From assembly GCA_021736135.1 (NCBI GenBank), contig JAIPGO010000001.1, positions 64,228 to 128,227 on the forward strand: DNA of 64,000 nt, written 5' to 3'. Of this stretch, positions 1 to 10,401 are shown in pieces (position 1 is the stretch's first letter; the number at the start of each line of letters is the position of its first letter). The DNA is from Candidatus Cloacimonadota bacterium. Lineage in GTDB: Bacteria > Cloacimonadota > Cloacimonadia > Cloacimonadales > TCS61. The notes under the pieces are model-generated. The model made no database searches. It had not been told where the DNA came from and worked only from the letters and a program-made list of their open reading frames with translations. The translations under genes and the position numbers were made by a program.

Positions 1-3000
1 CAGCATTTTTCCTGAAAATGTTTTTTTACCGGAAATAAAACGATAAAAGTAAATTCCGCTGCCGGAACTTTGCTCCTTATTGTCCATTCCATCCCAGGTA
101 ATGCTGTGTTTTCCCCCAGCAAGCAACTCTTTATATTGCCTGACCTTCTGACCCCTCAGGTTGTAAATCGTCAATTCCACCAGACCTGCTTCTGCTAATT
201 GGAATCTTATCTCAGTACTGGGATTAAAAGGATTGGGATAATTACCCAGAAGCATAGTCTGCACCGGAAGCTGGTTTTCTTCATTATCATTATTTGTTAC
301 ATCCAGTATCACTCTGATTCTTTTGCTATCCCAGCTATCACAGGTAATCTCGAGCAAAGCTTCATATATTGCCGGTTCCAGGTCAAATGTATTGAAATTC
401 GCAATTATTGTTATACTTTCATCCGGTTCCAGATATCCGTATGACGTATTAAGATTTATCCACTGTAATGGATATCTGAAAGTCAATATTCCACTGGTCT
501 CATGAGGTTCTGCACCAAAACCATCACCTGTGATAATCCAGCAAAATTCTATATCCCCCGCAAATTCATTACCGAATGTAAGATTCAAACTCATATAGGC
601 TGTCTCATTGTCATGGATCATTCCAAAACCAGAAGGTGTGAATCCGCTCCAACTTGTTATCACGCCGTTGCCTGTGACATCATCCCATTCCAGATCACCG
701 CCGCTGCCGCCTGCGATATTTGTGGCACTGTTCAACGTTACTCCGGGTGGAAAATCTATCTCTACCCCACTTATCCATTCCGAGTCGGGAGAGAAATTGT
801 GTACTGCAAATATCCAGTCAATTGTTTCTCCCGGATAAAATGTCTCATGATCACAGCTTACATAAGACCCGGTCATATCTCTTTCGCCTGCTCTTATCTC
901 AATGGTTCTGACGTAGAAATTGACCGGTGTTTCTCCAATATTGGTCAATACTATTTCCCGGCTCTCAAGTTGATTTATATCCATCTCAAAACTGAGCGAA
1001 TCCACATCCACATTGAAAGTATTAACCTCATAGGCTGTGAGCGTAATGTATCTGACCCAGGCAAATTCATCACTCTCAAGATTGACTATGATATCAAAAT
1101 CATGGAAATCAGGAACGTTCTCAGATACTTCAAAGATCAGGGGAGTATCGATCAGGCATAATTCAAAAATATCCAGGCTGTCAATACTGGCATTATTCTC
1201 AATTATATCTATATACTGATCCTGGGTTGAGATCTCAATATTGATATTATGGGCTGCCTGTAATCCGGTATTTATGACTTCAAAGAGCAGCGAAACTGTT
1301 TCACCGGCTTCAATGAATTCATCATCCCCGGCTGTTATTTGAATATCCCCCAGACTTAAGAAGGGAACTTCAGTATTTTGCATACTGGTGGTAAAAAAGA
1401 GTGCCATTTCGTTTTCCAGGGGTTTATTGGCTTCTGCATAAATGTTGTTAAACGTATATTCCAGCCCAATGCTGGAGTCTCTATTTTCCAGCCCGACAGT
1501 AGAATATAAGTGGTGATAAAGAGCTCCTTGTGGATTTATATCTGTATTGTTCACTACCAGATACTGCATTTTGATCTTTGAATCACCGGTAATTATCGGA
1601 TAATATTCTGAGTCATACAAAATCACCTCGAATGTTTCAGGATCATCCTGATTTCCTAACAGGGCATTTGACCACTCTATGATCAGGATATTTTCCTGTT
1701 CATCATATAGCCAGCAAACCGTTCCCTGAGTAGTGTCCAGAGCATCCCAGAAAACTGCTATCATGGGACTCGGTCCTTGCGGACCCGGAATATACCAGTT
1801 AAAAAATGTGGCAGCTTCATGTTCTCCCGGGGCGATCCAGCCATTGGAACATATTGTCAGCACATCGTATTCCTCTCCATAAAACGAGAAATGAAAACCG
1901 TCCGGTAATTCTACCACAACCACAGCCCCATCTCGCTGAGGAGAGGCAAGATTTAGATCTTCTCCTGCTCCACCCATATCAGGAGCAATCTCTATCCAGT
2001 CATAAACAGGGCAGGGCTCATATTCAATATCACCATCATCAAGGCAGTAATATCCATAAGCATCAGGTCCGTAAGGATCTGTGAGCAGGGCAGTTCCTGC
2101 CGTTTCAGAAAATGAAACCATCTGCTCAAAGCCCTCCGTATTTTCCAGTACCAGTTGAAAAGTGATCAATGAACCTGGCAGAAAATATGCTCCTATTGAT
2201 ACTGTAAATAGATCGTTACTATTTGAGTTCGAACCACCGGACGAGATAGTTCCGAAATATCCGTTACCATCAATTACCTCAACTCCCGGTGTAATACTTA
2301 GTAAAGTACCCTGTATATTTTCAGCAGGCAATGATCCGTCATTGACCAGTGTTACTGCAAATTCGCATGTCTCTCCTGGTTCTAATACCTCGTTTATAAT
2401 GCCTCCCACGCGCAGTGAAACACCATAAACATAAGCAATATAATACGTTGTCCATTGCTCATTACCACTGCTGATCACAAGTTCAAAACCCAGTTCCATC
2501 CCTTCCAGAGCTGCCGGATCGATCTCTATCGTGAAATTGGCAGCCGGATTTTCACTGCTGTTTGCTCCAATATCTCCATAATAACATTCATCCGTGATAA
2601 AATTTACCAGATCATTATCACAGGATATTTCTGCCTCAACTTCTGTAACGGGCATAGTTCCGCTGTTCCTCAGGGTAATATCCAGATCGACCGTTTCTCC
2701 CGGATTCAGAAGGCCATCACCATTTCCAGTCACTTCCACGATCTCTACTTCATCTATATCCACAAACTGCTCGATCTGAACTACTGACAATGTATCAATA
2801 TAGGGGATACGGTTATGTTTTGTTACCGTGAGTATATATTCACCAGGTGCCAGATCTGGTATCGGCAATAGCACATCACCTGCTGCATCAGTAAAACCTG
2901 TCACGGCAAATTCATCAGGAGATATGCCACTTATTGTAACCCACGCATTTTCGGAGTTTATACTATTAGGATCGAAAACGGTTACACCCAGCCAGTTTTC

Positions 3001-4740
3001 ACCTTCTGCGATCTGCACATCATGAAAAACGCTTATCTCCTGAGGGATCCCCGTCCAGAGTTCCAATGAAGGATCTCCGATTAGAGAGTAGCTGTTCATA
3101 TATGTATACATAAATCCTAATGAATTAGAAGGATCCATATTCCAGACGTAATACTTTCCCCTGGTCAGCATACTTCCCACTTGAAAAATATTTTCATCTA
3201 ACATAGCATGAGCCATACCCAGAGTCAGCCACCTGTTAACATCCAGGCATCCTAAGTGACCAGTGAGACCAAGTGCAGCTATAGCACCCGTTGGATTTGT
3301 GGCGGTCCCCATTCTTAATAGCGTTTCGCAATCACTGGTTCCGGAAAAATTGTTTGTGACACACCCGATCAGAGTAACAAATGGCAGCATGAATGAGTTG
3401 TTCTGCGGGCCGGGATCCCAACCGCTTACTCCTATATACCCCTGATAGTTCATATATACTACCCCATTATTAAAAGCATCATTCATTTGACTTGGAAAGG
3501 GTGAAGAGTATATTTCATAAAAGTCATCTTCACTATCCCAGTTATCAGGATAATACAGCATCATTTCCTTGATCATCTGTTCTGTGGTTATTGTTGAATT
3601 TCCTGCCGCAGAAGTATCTCCCACCAGCAGCGCCTTTTCATACCACTGCGTGTTTCCCATATAGGGAGTCTTTTCATAACCCACAATCTTAGAAACAATT
3701 GTCAGCAGGGAATTCAATGTTTCATAAGATAACCTTCCCAGATTCACGTCCAGCAGCATGTCATCACCTGCTAATTCTCCAAACGGATGATCTCCTTCTA
3801 AAGTCCCGTTTACATAGAAAGTAGGAATCGCATAATTTCCCGTAATATCTCCCACAAAACACACATGTTCTGGCGGATTATCCCAGGTATCATAAGCATC
3901 CTGAATATAGTCTTTTATCTCTAAATTAGTTTCCCCTGTCTCTGCAAGTGTGGCCACGGTTACATCAAAACCTTTCTGTCGTTTCCAATCGACGAGAATA
4001 CTCAAAATCCCCAAAATATCATCATCATCAGGCGCAATAAACAGCAGTGCCGGCTGCTGATAACCTTCACGCCTGGTTAAACCTTCATAATTAATGACAT
4101 TTGTCTTATAAAGCGGCTCAAAACTGCGTGACAATCCTGAATTTCTGCTTTTACAGTTTGATCCGTCATTACCCGTCACATCTATCTTTATCTCTATTTC
4201 TGTGAATATTTCCAGGCTTCTTTCCTGTGCATTATAACGAAATGGATAGAATGTAACCGGTACGATCCGTAAATCACGCATGATTGCCGGATCCCCGGCT
4301 AAGGCAATGTTTTCAGGAAAGATGGTGCCGTTTTGATAATAATCTTCATCAATGATAAACAGGTCCCGCGTCTCACCCTCAATCTGAAAATCTTCCCGCG
4401 GATAGATCAGTATATCTTCAACTACATAACTCGCAAAGGTTAATATTTCCAGCTTCACTTCACCTCGATCGGGTATGGCAATGACTCTGTGAAACACGGG
4501 CAGACCAGGTTTGCCGGGCTGGCCAAAGTCATTCCCCTGCGGATGACTGAGTTTCATATAATCCTCTCCCGCTTTCCGGATAATTTCCTGTTCATACCCA
4601 TCAAGTCTAAATTCCATCGATATTTCATCATCTCGCGTTTGTGAATAACTTATCAGATTTCCCTGATTTCCTATAGTAATCCAGTCAGCATTTAAAATCG
4701 TCCGCAGGATAAATAGTAATACAATAAATATCTTCTTCAT
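1..4740 (-). CDS. Peptidase C25 (gingipain-like) family surface protein with T9SS C-terminal sorting domain; 3' end cut by window edge (about 3 codons missing)
   Basis: Absent from the supplied ORF track because there is no stop inside the window. My minus-strand translation, spot-checked at several places, stays in frame from ATG 4738-4740 to base 1 (1580 codons). N-terminal signal MKKIFIVLLFIL. C25 blocks FVGDITGNYAIP..GDHPFGELAGDD and PFVTLIGCVTNNF. C-terminus NYPNPFNPSTEIRFQL..HSITWDG..SGIYFYR matches the T9SS sorting-domain pattern. Collinear with the paralog at 4779..9545. Confidence 0.85.
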   Translation of the reverse strand, partial: MKKIFIVLLFILRTILNADWITIGNQGNLISYSQTRDDEISMEFRLDGYEQEIIRKAGEDYMKLSHPQGNDFGQPGKPGLPVFHRVIAIPDRGEVKLEILTFASYVVEDILIYPREDFQIEGETRDLFIIDEDYYQNGTIFPENIALAGDPAIMRDLRIVPVTFYPFRYNAQERSLEIFTEIEIKIDVTGNDGSNCKSRNSGLSRSFEPLYKTNVINYEGLTRREGYQQPALLFIAPDDDDILGILSILVDWKRQKGFDVTVATLAETGETNLEIKDYIQDAYDTWDNPPEHVCFVGDITGNYAIPTFYVNGTLEGDHPFGELAGDDMLLDVNLGRLSYETLNSLLTIVSKIVGYEKTPYMGNTQWYEKALLVGDTSAAGNSTITTEQMIKEMMLYYPDNWDSEDDFYEIYSSPFPSQMNDAFNNGVVYMNYQGYIGVSGWDPGPQNNSFMLPFVTLIGCVTNNFSGTSDCETLLRMGTATNPTGAIAALGLTGHLGCLDVNRWLTLGMAHAMLDENIFQVGSMLTRGKYYVWNMDPSNSLGFMYTYMNSYSLIGDPSLELWTGIPQEISVFHDVQIAEGENWLGVTVFDPNSINSENAWVTISGISPDEFAVTGFTDAAGDVLLPIPDLAPGEYILTVTKHNRIPYIDTLSVVQIEQFVDIDEVEIVEVTGNGDGLLNPGETVDLDITLRNSGTMPVTEVEAEISCDNDLVNFITDECYYGDIGANSSENPAANFTIEIDPAALEGMELGFELVISSGNEQWTTYYIAYVYGVSLRVGGIINEVLEPGETCEFAVTLVNDGSLPAENIQGTLLSITPGVEVIDGNGYFGTISSGGSNSNSNDLFTVSIGAYFLPGSLITFQLVLENTEGFEQMVSFSETAGTALLTDPYGPDAYGYYCLDDGDIEYEPCPVYDWIEIAPDMGGAGEDLNLASPQRDGAVVVVELPDGFHFSFYGEEYDVLTICSNGWIAPGEHEAATFFNWYIPGPQGPSPMIAVFWDALDTTQGTVCWLYDEQENILIIEWSNALLGNQDDPETFEVILYDSEYYPIITGDSKIKMQYLVVNNTDINPQGALYHHLYSTVGLENRDSSIGLEYTFNNIYAEANKPLENEMALFFTTSMQNTEVPFLSLGDIQITAGDDEFIEAGETVSLLFEVINTGLQAAHNINIEISTQDQYIDIIENNASIDSLDIFELCLIDTPLIFEVSENVPDFHDFDIIVNLESDEFAWVRYITLTAYEVNTFNVDVDSLSFEMDINQLESREIVLTNIGETPVNFYVRTIEIRAGERDMTGSYVSCDHETFYPGETIDWIFAVHNFSPDSEWISGVEIDFPPGVTLNSATNIAGGSGGDLEWDDVTGNGVITSWSGFTPSGFGMIHDNETAYMSLNLTFGNEFAGDIEFCWIITGDGFGAEPHETSGILTFRYPLQWINLNTSYGYLEPDESITIIANFNTFDLEPAIYEALLEITCDSWDSKRIRVILDVTNNDNEENQLPVQTMLLGNYPNPFNPSTEIRFQLAEAGLVELTIYNLRGQKVRQYKELLAGGKHSITWDGMDNKEQSSGSGIYFYRFISGKKTFSGKML

Positions 4741-4778
4741 AATCCACCTCTCCAGTTATCTTCATTCAAAATTCATAA

Positions 4779-7700
4779 TTATTTAATGAGCAGCATTTTA
4801 CCCTTTAACTCCTCATTCGCAGTCTTAATCCGATACAGGTAAATTCCACTGCCGGTACTTAGTCCGTTTTCGTCCTTTCCGTCCCATATAATGCTGTGAC
4901 TGCCGGCATCCGGCAGCATCTCATATTTCCTTACCCTCTGACCTTTAAGGTTGTAAACAGTCAATTCCACCTTTCCTGCTTCCGCCAATATAAAGCGCAC
5001 ATCCGTACTGGGATTAAAGGGATTGGGATAATTTCCCAGCAGCATTGTTTGAGCCGGTATTTCCTCTTCTTCTGCGATATTGCCTGTTACATTCATAACC
5101 ACCTGTATCCGGCGTTTATCCCATTGATCGCAGCTTATTTCAATGAGTGCTTGATATATTCCAGCCTCCAGATCAAAACTGGAAAAAACTGCTGTAATTG
5201 TGCTGCTTTCATCAGGTTCCAGATGACCGTAAGAAATGTCCAGATTCATCCAGCGCAGAGGATATAAAATTGTTACCTCTCCACTGGCATCATGTGGTTC
5301 TGCTCCATAACCGTCACCAATCATTATCCAGTCAATGCAAAGATTCCCGGCAAATTCCGTGCTTAAGGTGACATTTACCGTAATAACAGCTATTTCATAT
5401 TCATGAAGCACTCCCCAGCCATTATGTGTCAAGCCGTTCCAGGAAACAGCCTGTTCGGCACCTGTTGTACCGTCCCAGACAAGATCGCCGCCACTACCAC
5501 CAATTCCGTTACTGGCATAATTCACCGTTACTCCATACGGAAATGTAAGTATCACGTTACTGATCCATTCGGAATCACTGGAACCATTATAAACATAAAA
5601 ATTCCAATCCACAGTATCACCAGGTGTAAACTCATCTGTATCACAGGTTACATAAGACCCATTAACGTTTCTTTGCGGAATGCTGATCTCATCTGTTCTC
5701 ACATAAAAATCCACCGGTAGATCACCTATATTGGTCACTTCAAAGCTGTGATCAGTCACCTGGTTCACATTCAGATCAAGATAGATGGAATCCTGATCTA
5801 CGCTAAATGTATTCGGCTGATATGCCGTGAAACCGATGACTCTTTCCCAACTGAATTCATCACTTTCCATATTTATCACAATCTCAAAATCATGATAGTC
5901 CGGAACGTATTCCGGAACTGAAAATACCAGAGGAGTTTCAATCATGGCAATCCCATTAAAGGCAATGTGATCAATACTGGAAGTGCTCTCTGTAAATTCA
6001 ATATAAGGGTCGCTGGTAGAAGCTTCAATACTGATATTATTTGCTTCCTCATATCCCGTGTTAACTACTTCAAAAAGCAGCGAAACATTCTCTCCTGCCT
6101 CCAGAAATTCATCATCTCCGGCTGATATCAGCACCTCTCCAATACTCAAAAATGGCAGTTCATAGCTAAAATATAATGTCGTGAAGAGCAATGCCATTTC
6201 ATCTTCCAGCGTTTTATTAGCCGTGGCATAAGTATTGTTAAATGTATATTGCATCCCAATACTCGAATCACTGTTTTCCAGTCCAATAGTGCAATATTGC
6301 CCGTGGTTGGGGGGATACGAACCGGCGTTATTGTTAGTAATTTCCAGATATTGCATCTTGATTGCCGAATCCCCCGTTATAGTCGGAAAGTAATAATTAT
6401 CATATAATACCACTTCAAATATTTCGTCAGCATCTGTATCCCCATTTTTTACTTGCGACCATTCCACCACAAAATAATGCTCCAGTTCATCATAATAATA
6501 ACACACTTCAGCGCTGCTTATATTTGTGTTCAGGTCATCCCAGAATACGGCGATCATGGGACTCGGACCCTGCGGACTGGGAATAAACCAGTTCATAAAA
6601 GATGCGGTTTCATGAATTCCAGGTGCAATCCAGCCATTTGTGCATATCGTGAGCTGCTCATAAGATTCGCCATAAAACTCAAAATGGAAATCTTCCGGAA
6701 AATCTATCACCTGTGACGCTCCCGTTCCTCCTCCGGCTGTCACAGTCAAACATTCGCCTTCTCCTCCCAGATCAGGATTGATCTCTATCCAGTCAAATTC
6801 CGGGCACTGGTCGTAACCGGTATCCCCATCATCAAAACACATATAACCATAGTCATCGGGTCCATAAGGATCGGTTATTGTGACTGATCCTGCCGGAACC
6901 ATGATGGTTACAATGTTATCATACCCCGCAGGACTGGTTAAATGAATCCGGAAAGTTATCTGGGTTCCCGGAATAACAAAGTCATTAACGCTGACAATAA
7001 AACGGTTTTCTTCATTTTGTCCGGACTCTCCCGGCAATATATCTCCAAAATCCCCCTGCTCATCAATGATCGTTATCCCTGCTGTCTGGCAGCTTAAAAT
7101 CCCTTCCACATCTTCAACTGCCATTGCTCCGTTATTCGTTAGCGTGAAATATATATCCTCCGCATCTCCCGGCTCCAGAATTCCATCACCCCCTATAATA
7201 TAATCACTTACCCAGAGATTTGCTCCACTGATCATTCCCATATGCCAGGTCGTCCATTCCTGAGCATTCTCATCGGTGATCGTAAATTCAAATACAGGTT
7301 CCAAGCCATCCAGGGCTGCAGGATCAATATATATCTGAAAATTATCTACAGGTAAAGACGATCCTCCGGCAGCAATTTCCCCATAAGAAACCTCATCTGT
7401 TAAAATCGTTATCAGAGCATTATAACAGCTTAACTCTGCGGTAACACCATTGACAGTAGCTGTTCCGTAATTTCTCAGAGTTACAGCCAATTCAACTGTT
7501 TCTCCCGGATTAATTATACCATCTCCATTGCCAATAATTTCCAGATATTCAATTTCCTCTATATCCACATATTGATCTGCCTGAATTACCGCTATGGAAT
7601 CCACATAAGGTATGTGATTATGCCTGCTCACGGTCAAAGTATAAGCTCCCAAAGTCAGATCTGCTACCGGCAGCAGCACCTGCCCATACTCATTAGTAAA

Positions 7701-9545
7701 TCCTGTAACTGCAAATTCCTCCGGTGATGAAGCGCTTAATGTTACCCAGGCATTTTCTGCATTTATATTCAGGGAATCCAGCACGGTTACCTGAAACCAG
7801 TTTTCTCCCTCTGCTATCTGATCTTCACAAATAATATTCAGGTCATGCGGTATCCCTGTCCATAATTCCAGGGATGGATCTCCTATCAGGTTACAGAAAT
7901 GAGAAGTCTGAGCAACATAGCCCAATGGATTCTGAGGATATTCACACCACATATAATATTTGCCCATGGTCAAAGCACCACCCATTGAGTAAATATCATG
8001 CTGAAAGATACCGGAAGCAATTCCCAGAGTTATGGCATTATTAAAAGGTGTATGATTACCGCAAGTAGATTCTCCTACCATTCCGATTCCACCTGCAGGT
8101 GCAGTTGGCGTCCCCAGCCGAGTAAATATTTCACTGCTTGAGTCTCCATTGGCAAAATTTCCTGTTCCGCAGGTTATTACTGAAGCAAAGGGCTGCATCC
8201 AGCCGTTATTTACCTGTGAAATAGTTGAACCAGTCCAACCGCTGGTTCCCAGGTAACCCCGATAAAACATATATAATACTCCCGCATTGATGGCATTATT
8301 CATCTGGGTGGGAAATGGTGAATTATATACTTCATAAAAATCATCATCATCATACCAGTTCCCCGGATAGGTCTGCATCATTTCCTTGATCGCCAGAATT
8401 GTATACACTGTCGAAGTTCCGGAATGTTGCGGATCACCCGTAAGCAGGGCTTTCTGCATCCATTGCGGATTCGTAGTATATGGCGCTTGCTCATAACAGA
8501 GTATCTTGTTTATAAGCACAGCTAGTTGAGTCAGATTATTATATGAAAGCCTGCCCAGATGAACATCCAGCAGGTTATCATCTCCCTCCAGTAGCCCATA
8601 AGGTTGATCTCCTTCCCCATAACTGCCACCATAAAACCAGGTGGGAATAGCATATTCACCCTCTGCATCTCCAATCAGACATATATGTTCAGGCGGATTC
8701 TCCCAGTTATCATAAGCATTCTGAATATAATCCTTAATATCGGCTGCTTCCTCTCCGGTTTCGGCTGTTGTTGCCACTGTTACCTCAAAACCCTTCTGCC
8801 TTTTCCAGTCCGTTAGATATTGCAGAAGTTCCAATACATCGGCATCATCGGGCACGATAAAAAGCAGTGCCGGTACCTGATAATCTTCTCTGCTCCTGAC
8901 ATCTTCATAATTCAGAACCGTTGCCTGATAAAGCGGCTCAAAACTTCGCGAGACTAACCCGTTACGCGTCTTGCAGTTTTTCCCCCTATTACCTTCCACA
9001 ACAATTTTCACGCTGATCTCCGTGATCACTTCCAGCCTTCTCTCCTGAGTATTATACCGGAAAGGACAAAACGTCACCGGCAATACCCTCAGATCACGCA
9101 TTACTGCCGGTTCACTCGCCATAACCATATCTTCGGGAAATATTCCCCCGGTGGAGTAATAATCATCATCGATAATAAAAATATCGCCCTCCGCTTCCTG
9201 GGGATATATCACTATGTCATCAATGAAATAACTCTGATAAGATATTATTTCCAGATTGATTTCTCCCTGGTCGGAAATAGCTAAGGTTGTTGTAAAAACG
9301 GGCAGTTCCGGTTTACCCGGCTGATATAGAGTGCTGGCAGTTGAATTACTGATCCGGGTATATTCCACATTCTGATTACGGATATTTTCCATCTCATAAC
9401 CATCCGGATGAAAATCCAGCTCTATCTCATCTTTCCTGGTTTCCGTATAGGTTACCAATTCACCTGAATTTCCACATGTAATCCATTCTGCAGCCAAACC
9501 AGCCCCTATAAGCAAGAAAATCATAAAAAACATCATCTTTTTCAT
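4779..9545 (-). CDS. Peptidase C25 (gingipain-like) family surface protein, 1588 aa, with NIDO-like insert and T9SS C-terminal sorting domain
   Basis: Signal peptide MKKMMFFMIFLLIGAGLA. Blocks LIGDAEGEYAIP..GDQPYGLLEGDD..GRLS and FASVITCGTGNF..IGDPSLELW align by eye with P. gingivalis RgpB (recalled) LVGDHKDIPAK..SDQVYGQIVGND..GRFS and FIFDVACVNGDF..FGDPSLL. FYGESYEQLTICTNGWIAPG..PMIAVFWDDL is NIDO-like. C-terminus NYPNPFNPSTDVRF..IIWDG..GIYLYRI..MLLIK is a T9SS CTD. Confidence 0.9.
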   Translation of the reverse strand: MKKMMFFMIFLLIGAGLAAEWITCGNSGELVTYTETRKDEIELDFHPDGYEMENIRNQNVEYTRISNSTASTLYQPGKPELPVFTTTLAISDQGEINLEIISYQSYFIDDIVIYPQEAEGDIFIIDDDYYSTGGIFPEDMVMASEPAVMRDLRVLPVTFCPFRYNTQERRLEVITEISVKIVVEGNRGKNCKTRNGLVSRSFEPLYQATVLNYEDVRSREDYQVPALLFIVPDDADVLELLQYLTDWKRQKGFEVTVATTAETGEEAADIKDYIQNAYDNWENPPEHICLIGDAEGEYAIPTWFYGGSYGEGDQPYGLLEGDDNLLDVHLGRLSYNNLTQLAVLINKILCYEQAPYTTNPQWMQKALLTGDPQHSGTSTVYTILAIKEMMQTYPGNWYDDDDFYEVYNSPFPTQMNNAINAGVLYMFYRGYLGTSGWTGSTISQVNNGWMQPFASVITCGTGNFANGDSSSEIFTRLGTPTAPAGGIGMVGESTCGNHTPFNNAITLGIASGIFQHDIYSMGGALTMGKYYMWCEYPQNPLGYVAQTSHFCNLIGDPSLELWTGIPHDLNIICEDQIAEGENWFQVTVLDSLNINAENAWVTLSASSPEEFAVTGFTNEYGQVLLPVADLTLGAYTLTVSRHNHIPYVDSIAVIQADQYVDIEEIEYLEIIGNGDGIINPGETVELAVTLRNYGTATVNGVTAELSCYNALITILTDEVSYGEIAAGGSSLPVDNFQIYIDPAALDGLEPVFEFTITDENAQEWTTWHMGMISGANLWVSDYIIGGDGILEPGDAEDIYFTLTNNGAMAVEDVEGILSCQTAGITIIDEQGDFGDILPGESGQNEENRFIVSVNDFVIPGTQITFRIHLTSPAGYDNIVTIMVPAGSVTITDPYGPDDYGYMCFDDGDTGYDQCPEFDWIEINPDLGGEGECLTVTAGGGTGASQVIDFPEDFHFEFYGESYEQLTICTNGWIAPGIHETASFMNWFIPSPQGPSPMIAVFWDDLNTNISSAEVCYYYDELEHYFVVEWSQVKNGDTDADEIFEVVLYDNYYFPTITGDSAIKMQYLEITNNNAGSYPPNHGQYCTIGLENSDSSIGMQYTFNNTYATANKTLEDEMALLFTTLYFSYELPFLSIGEVLISAGDDEFLEAGENVSLLFEVVNTGYEEANNISIEASTSDPYIEFTESTSSIDHIAFNGIAMIETPLVFSVPEYVPDYHDFEIVINMESDEFSWERVIGFTAYQPNTFSVDQDSIYLDLNVNQVTDHSFEVTNIGDLPVDFYVRTDEISIPQRNVNGSYVTCDTDEFTPGDTVDWNFYVYNGSSDSEWISNVILTFPYGVTVNYASNGIGGSGGDLVWDGTTGAEQAVSWNGLTHNGWGVLHEYEIAVITVNVTLSTEFAGNLCIDWIMIGDGYGAEPHDASGEVTILYPLRWMNLDISYGHLEPDESSTITAVFSSFDLEAGIYQALIEISCDQWDKRRIQVVMNVTGNIAEEEEIPAQTMLLGNYPNPFNPSTDVRFILAEAGKVELTVYNLKGQRVRKYEMLPDAGSHSIIWDGKDENGLSTGSGIYLYRIKTANEELKGKMLLIK

Positions 9546-9581
9546 AATCCACCTCTCAAGTTATTTCTATTCAAAATTATT

Positions 9582-9817
9582 TCATAAATAAAACCTTACT
9601 GCTGAAATCTTCATCTGCCCTAATCCCGTCAAACTCCCTGTCCAGACCATTACGAATCCATCTCCAGCTGCCAAAGATATATTGCCGGTATAATATCCTG
9701 CATAAGGCTCATTCTCTCCTGCCCGGCTCAGATACCCAGTTCCTCCCAGATAAGCTGCCCCTGCACCAGCACCATTGTAGCGAGTATAACAATAGTCATC
9801 ATCAGTTTCTTCATCAT
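9582..9817 (-). pseudogene. Small signal-peptide ORF interrupted by a frame change at a 4-nt G/C run (possible decayed or phase-variable gene)
   Basis: An AGGAGGA RBS precedes ATGATGAAGAAACTG (start 9817). This encodes MMKKLMMTIVILATMVLVQG and then stops at codon 30. The -1 frame is open from the C4 run (9758-9761) for 58 more codons (AAYLGGTGYLSRAGENEPYAGYYTGNISLAAGDGFVMVWTGSLTGLGQMKISAVRFYL) to TGA at 9582-9584. One extra G/C would give a continuous 78-aa secreted protein. Confidence 0.3.
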
Positions 9818-10215
9818 TCCTCCTGAAAGATTAAACTCTTTTTAACTTATCTAAAATGAATAAAGCAAACCCGTTTTTACTTGTCAACATAATTGTAAAC
9901 ACCATCTCTTCAATTTCGTTATCATCTATCAACCTTTAACTAATTGAAATATTCCACTAAAATCCTTTCCATCTACTCTCCAACGAAGCCTGGCAGGTAC
10001 ATTTCCCCTCTGCCTGCTCTTTCAATCATTATACACAACCGATTAGTTGCCCGTATCAGATTTCGGGACAATTATCGCAGGGGCAGATCATTCTTCGCCC
10101 TCCTGGTATAAGGATTTTCATTTATGGCATAAAATACTTCCTAATGCTTCATTACGGATTGTCAACAGCAACTTGAAGAAGAATAAAGTGGCACTAAGGA
10201 GGGTATAAGGAAGTA

Positions 10216-10283
10216 CTAAGGAGACACAACAAGGCACAATCTAACAGAATATTGTTAGATTGTGCCTTGTTGTGTCTCCTTAG
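10216..10283. repeat. Perfect 31-bp inverted repeat with 6-nt spacer
   Basis: CTAAGGAGACACAACAAGGCACAATCTAACA (10216-10246), spacer GAATAT, then the exact reverse complement (10253-10283). The flanks (about 10189-10215 and 10284-10310) extend the dyad imperfectly with CTAAGGA/TCCTTAG units. No T-run follows. Confidence 0.9.
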
Positions 10284-10401
10284 ACCAACCTTAGTACTTC
10301 CTTAGAGCCACCTATTGAGTATAGATATTGTTCACATACCAGTAATTTGTCAACCTGATTTGTGGGGATCTCGCATCCCCCCGAAATTTAATAAGAATAT
10401 C

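Larger units (their letters stand above)
1..9596 (-). repeat. Tandem duplication: two ~4.8-kb C25-peptidase units including a conserved 5' leader
   Basis: Both units carry a near-identical leader, AATCCACCTCTC(C/A)AGTTAT..TTCAAAATT, next to the start codon (4741-4775 vs 9546-9580). They have the same length and collinear domain order. Start-to-start period is 4805 bp. Confidence 0.8.

Noticed and set aside
502-1161. 219-aa + strand ORF, and the other + strand ORFs between 199 and 3445
   Set aside because: All are antisense to the minus-strand C25 paralog (1..4740). That gene is missing from the track only because it lacks a stop codon inside the window.
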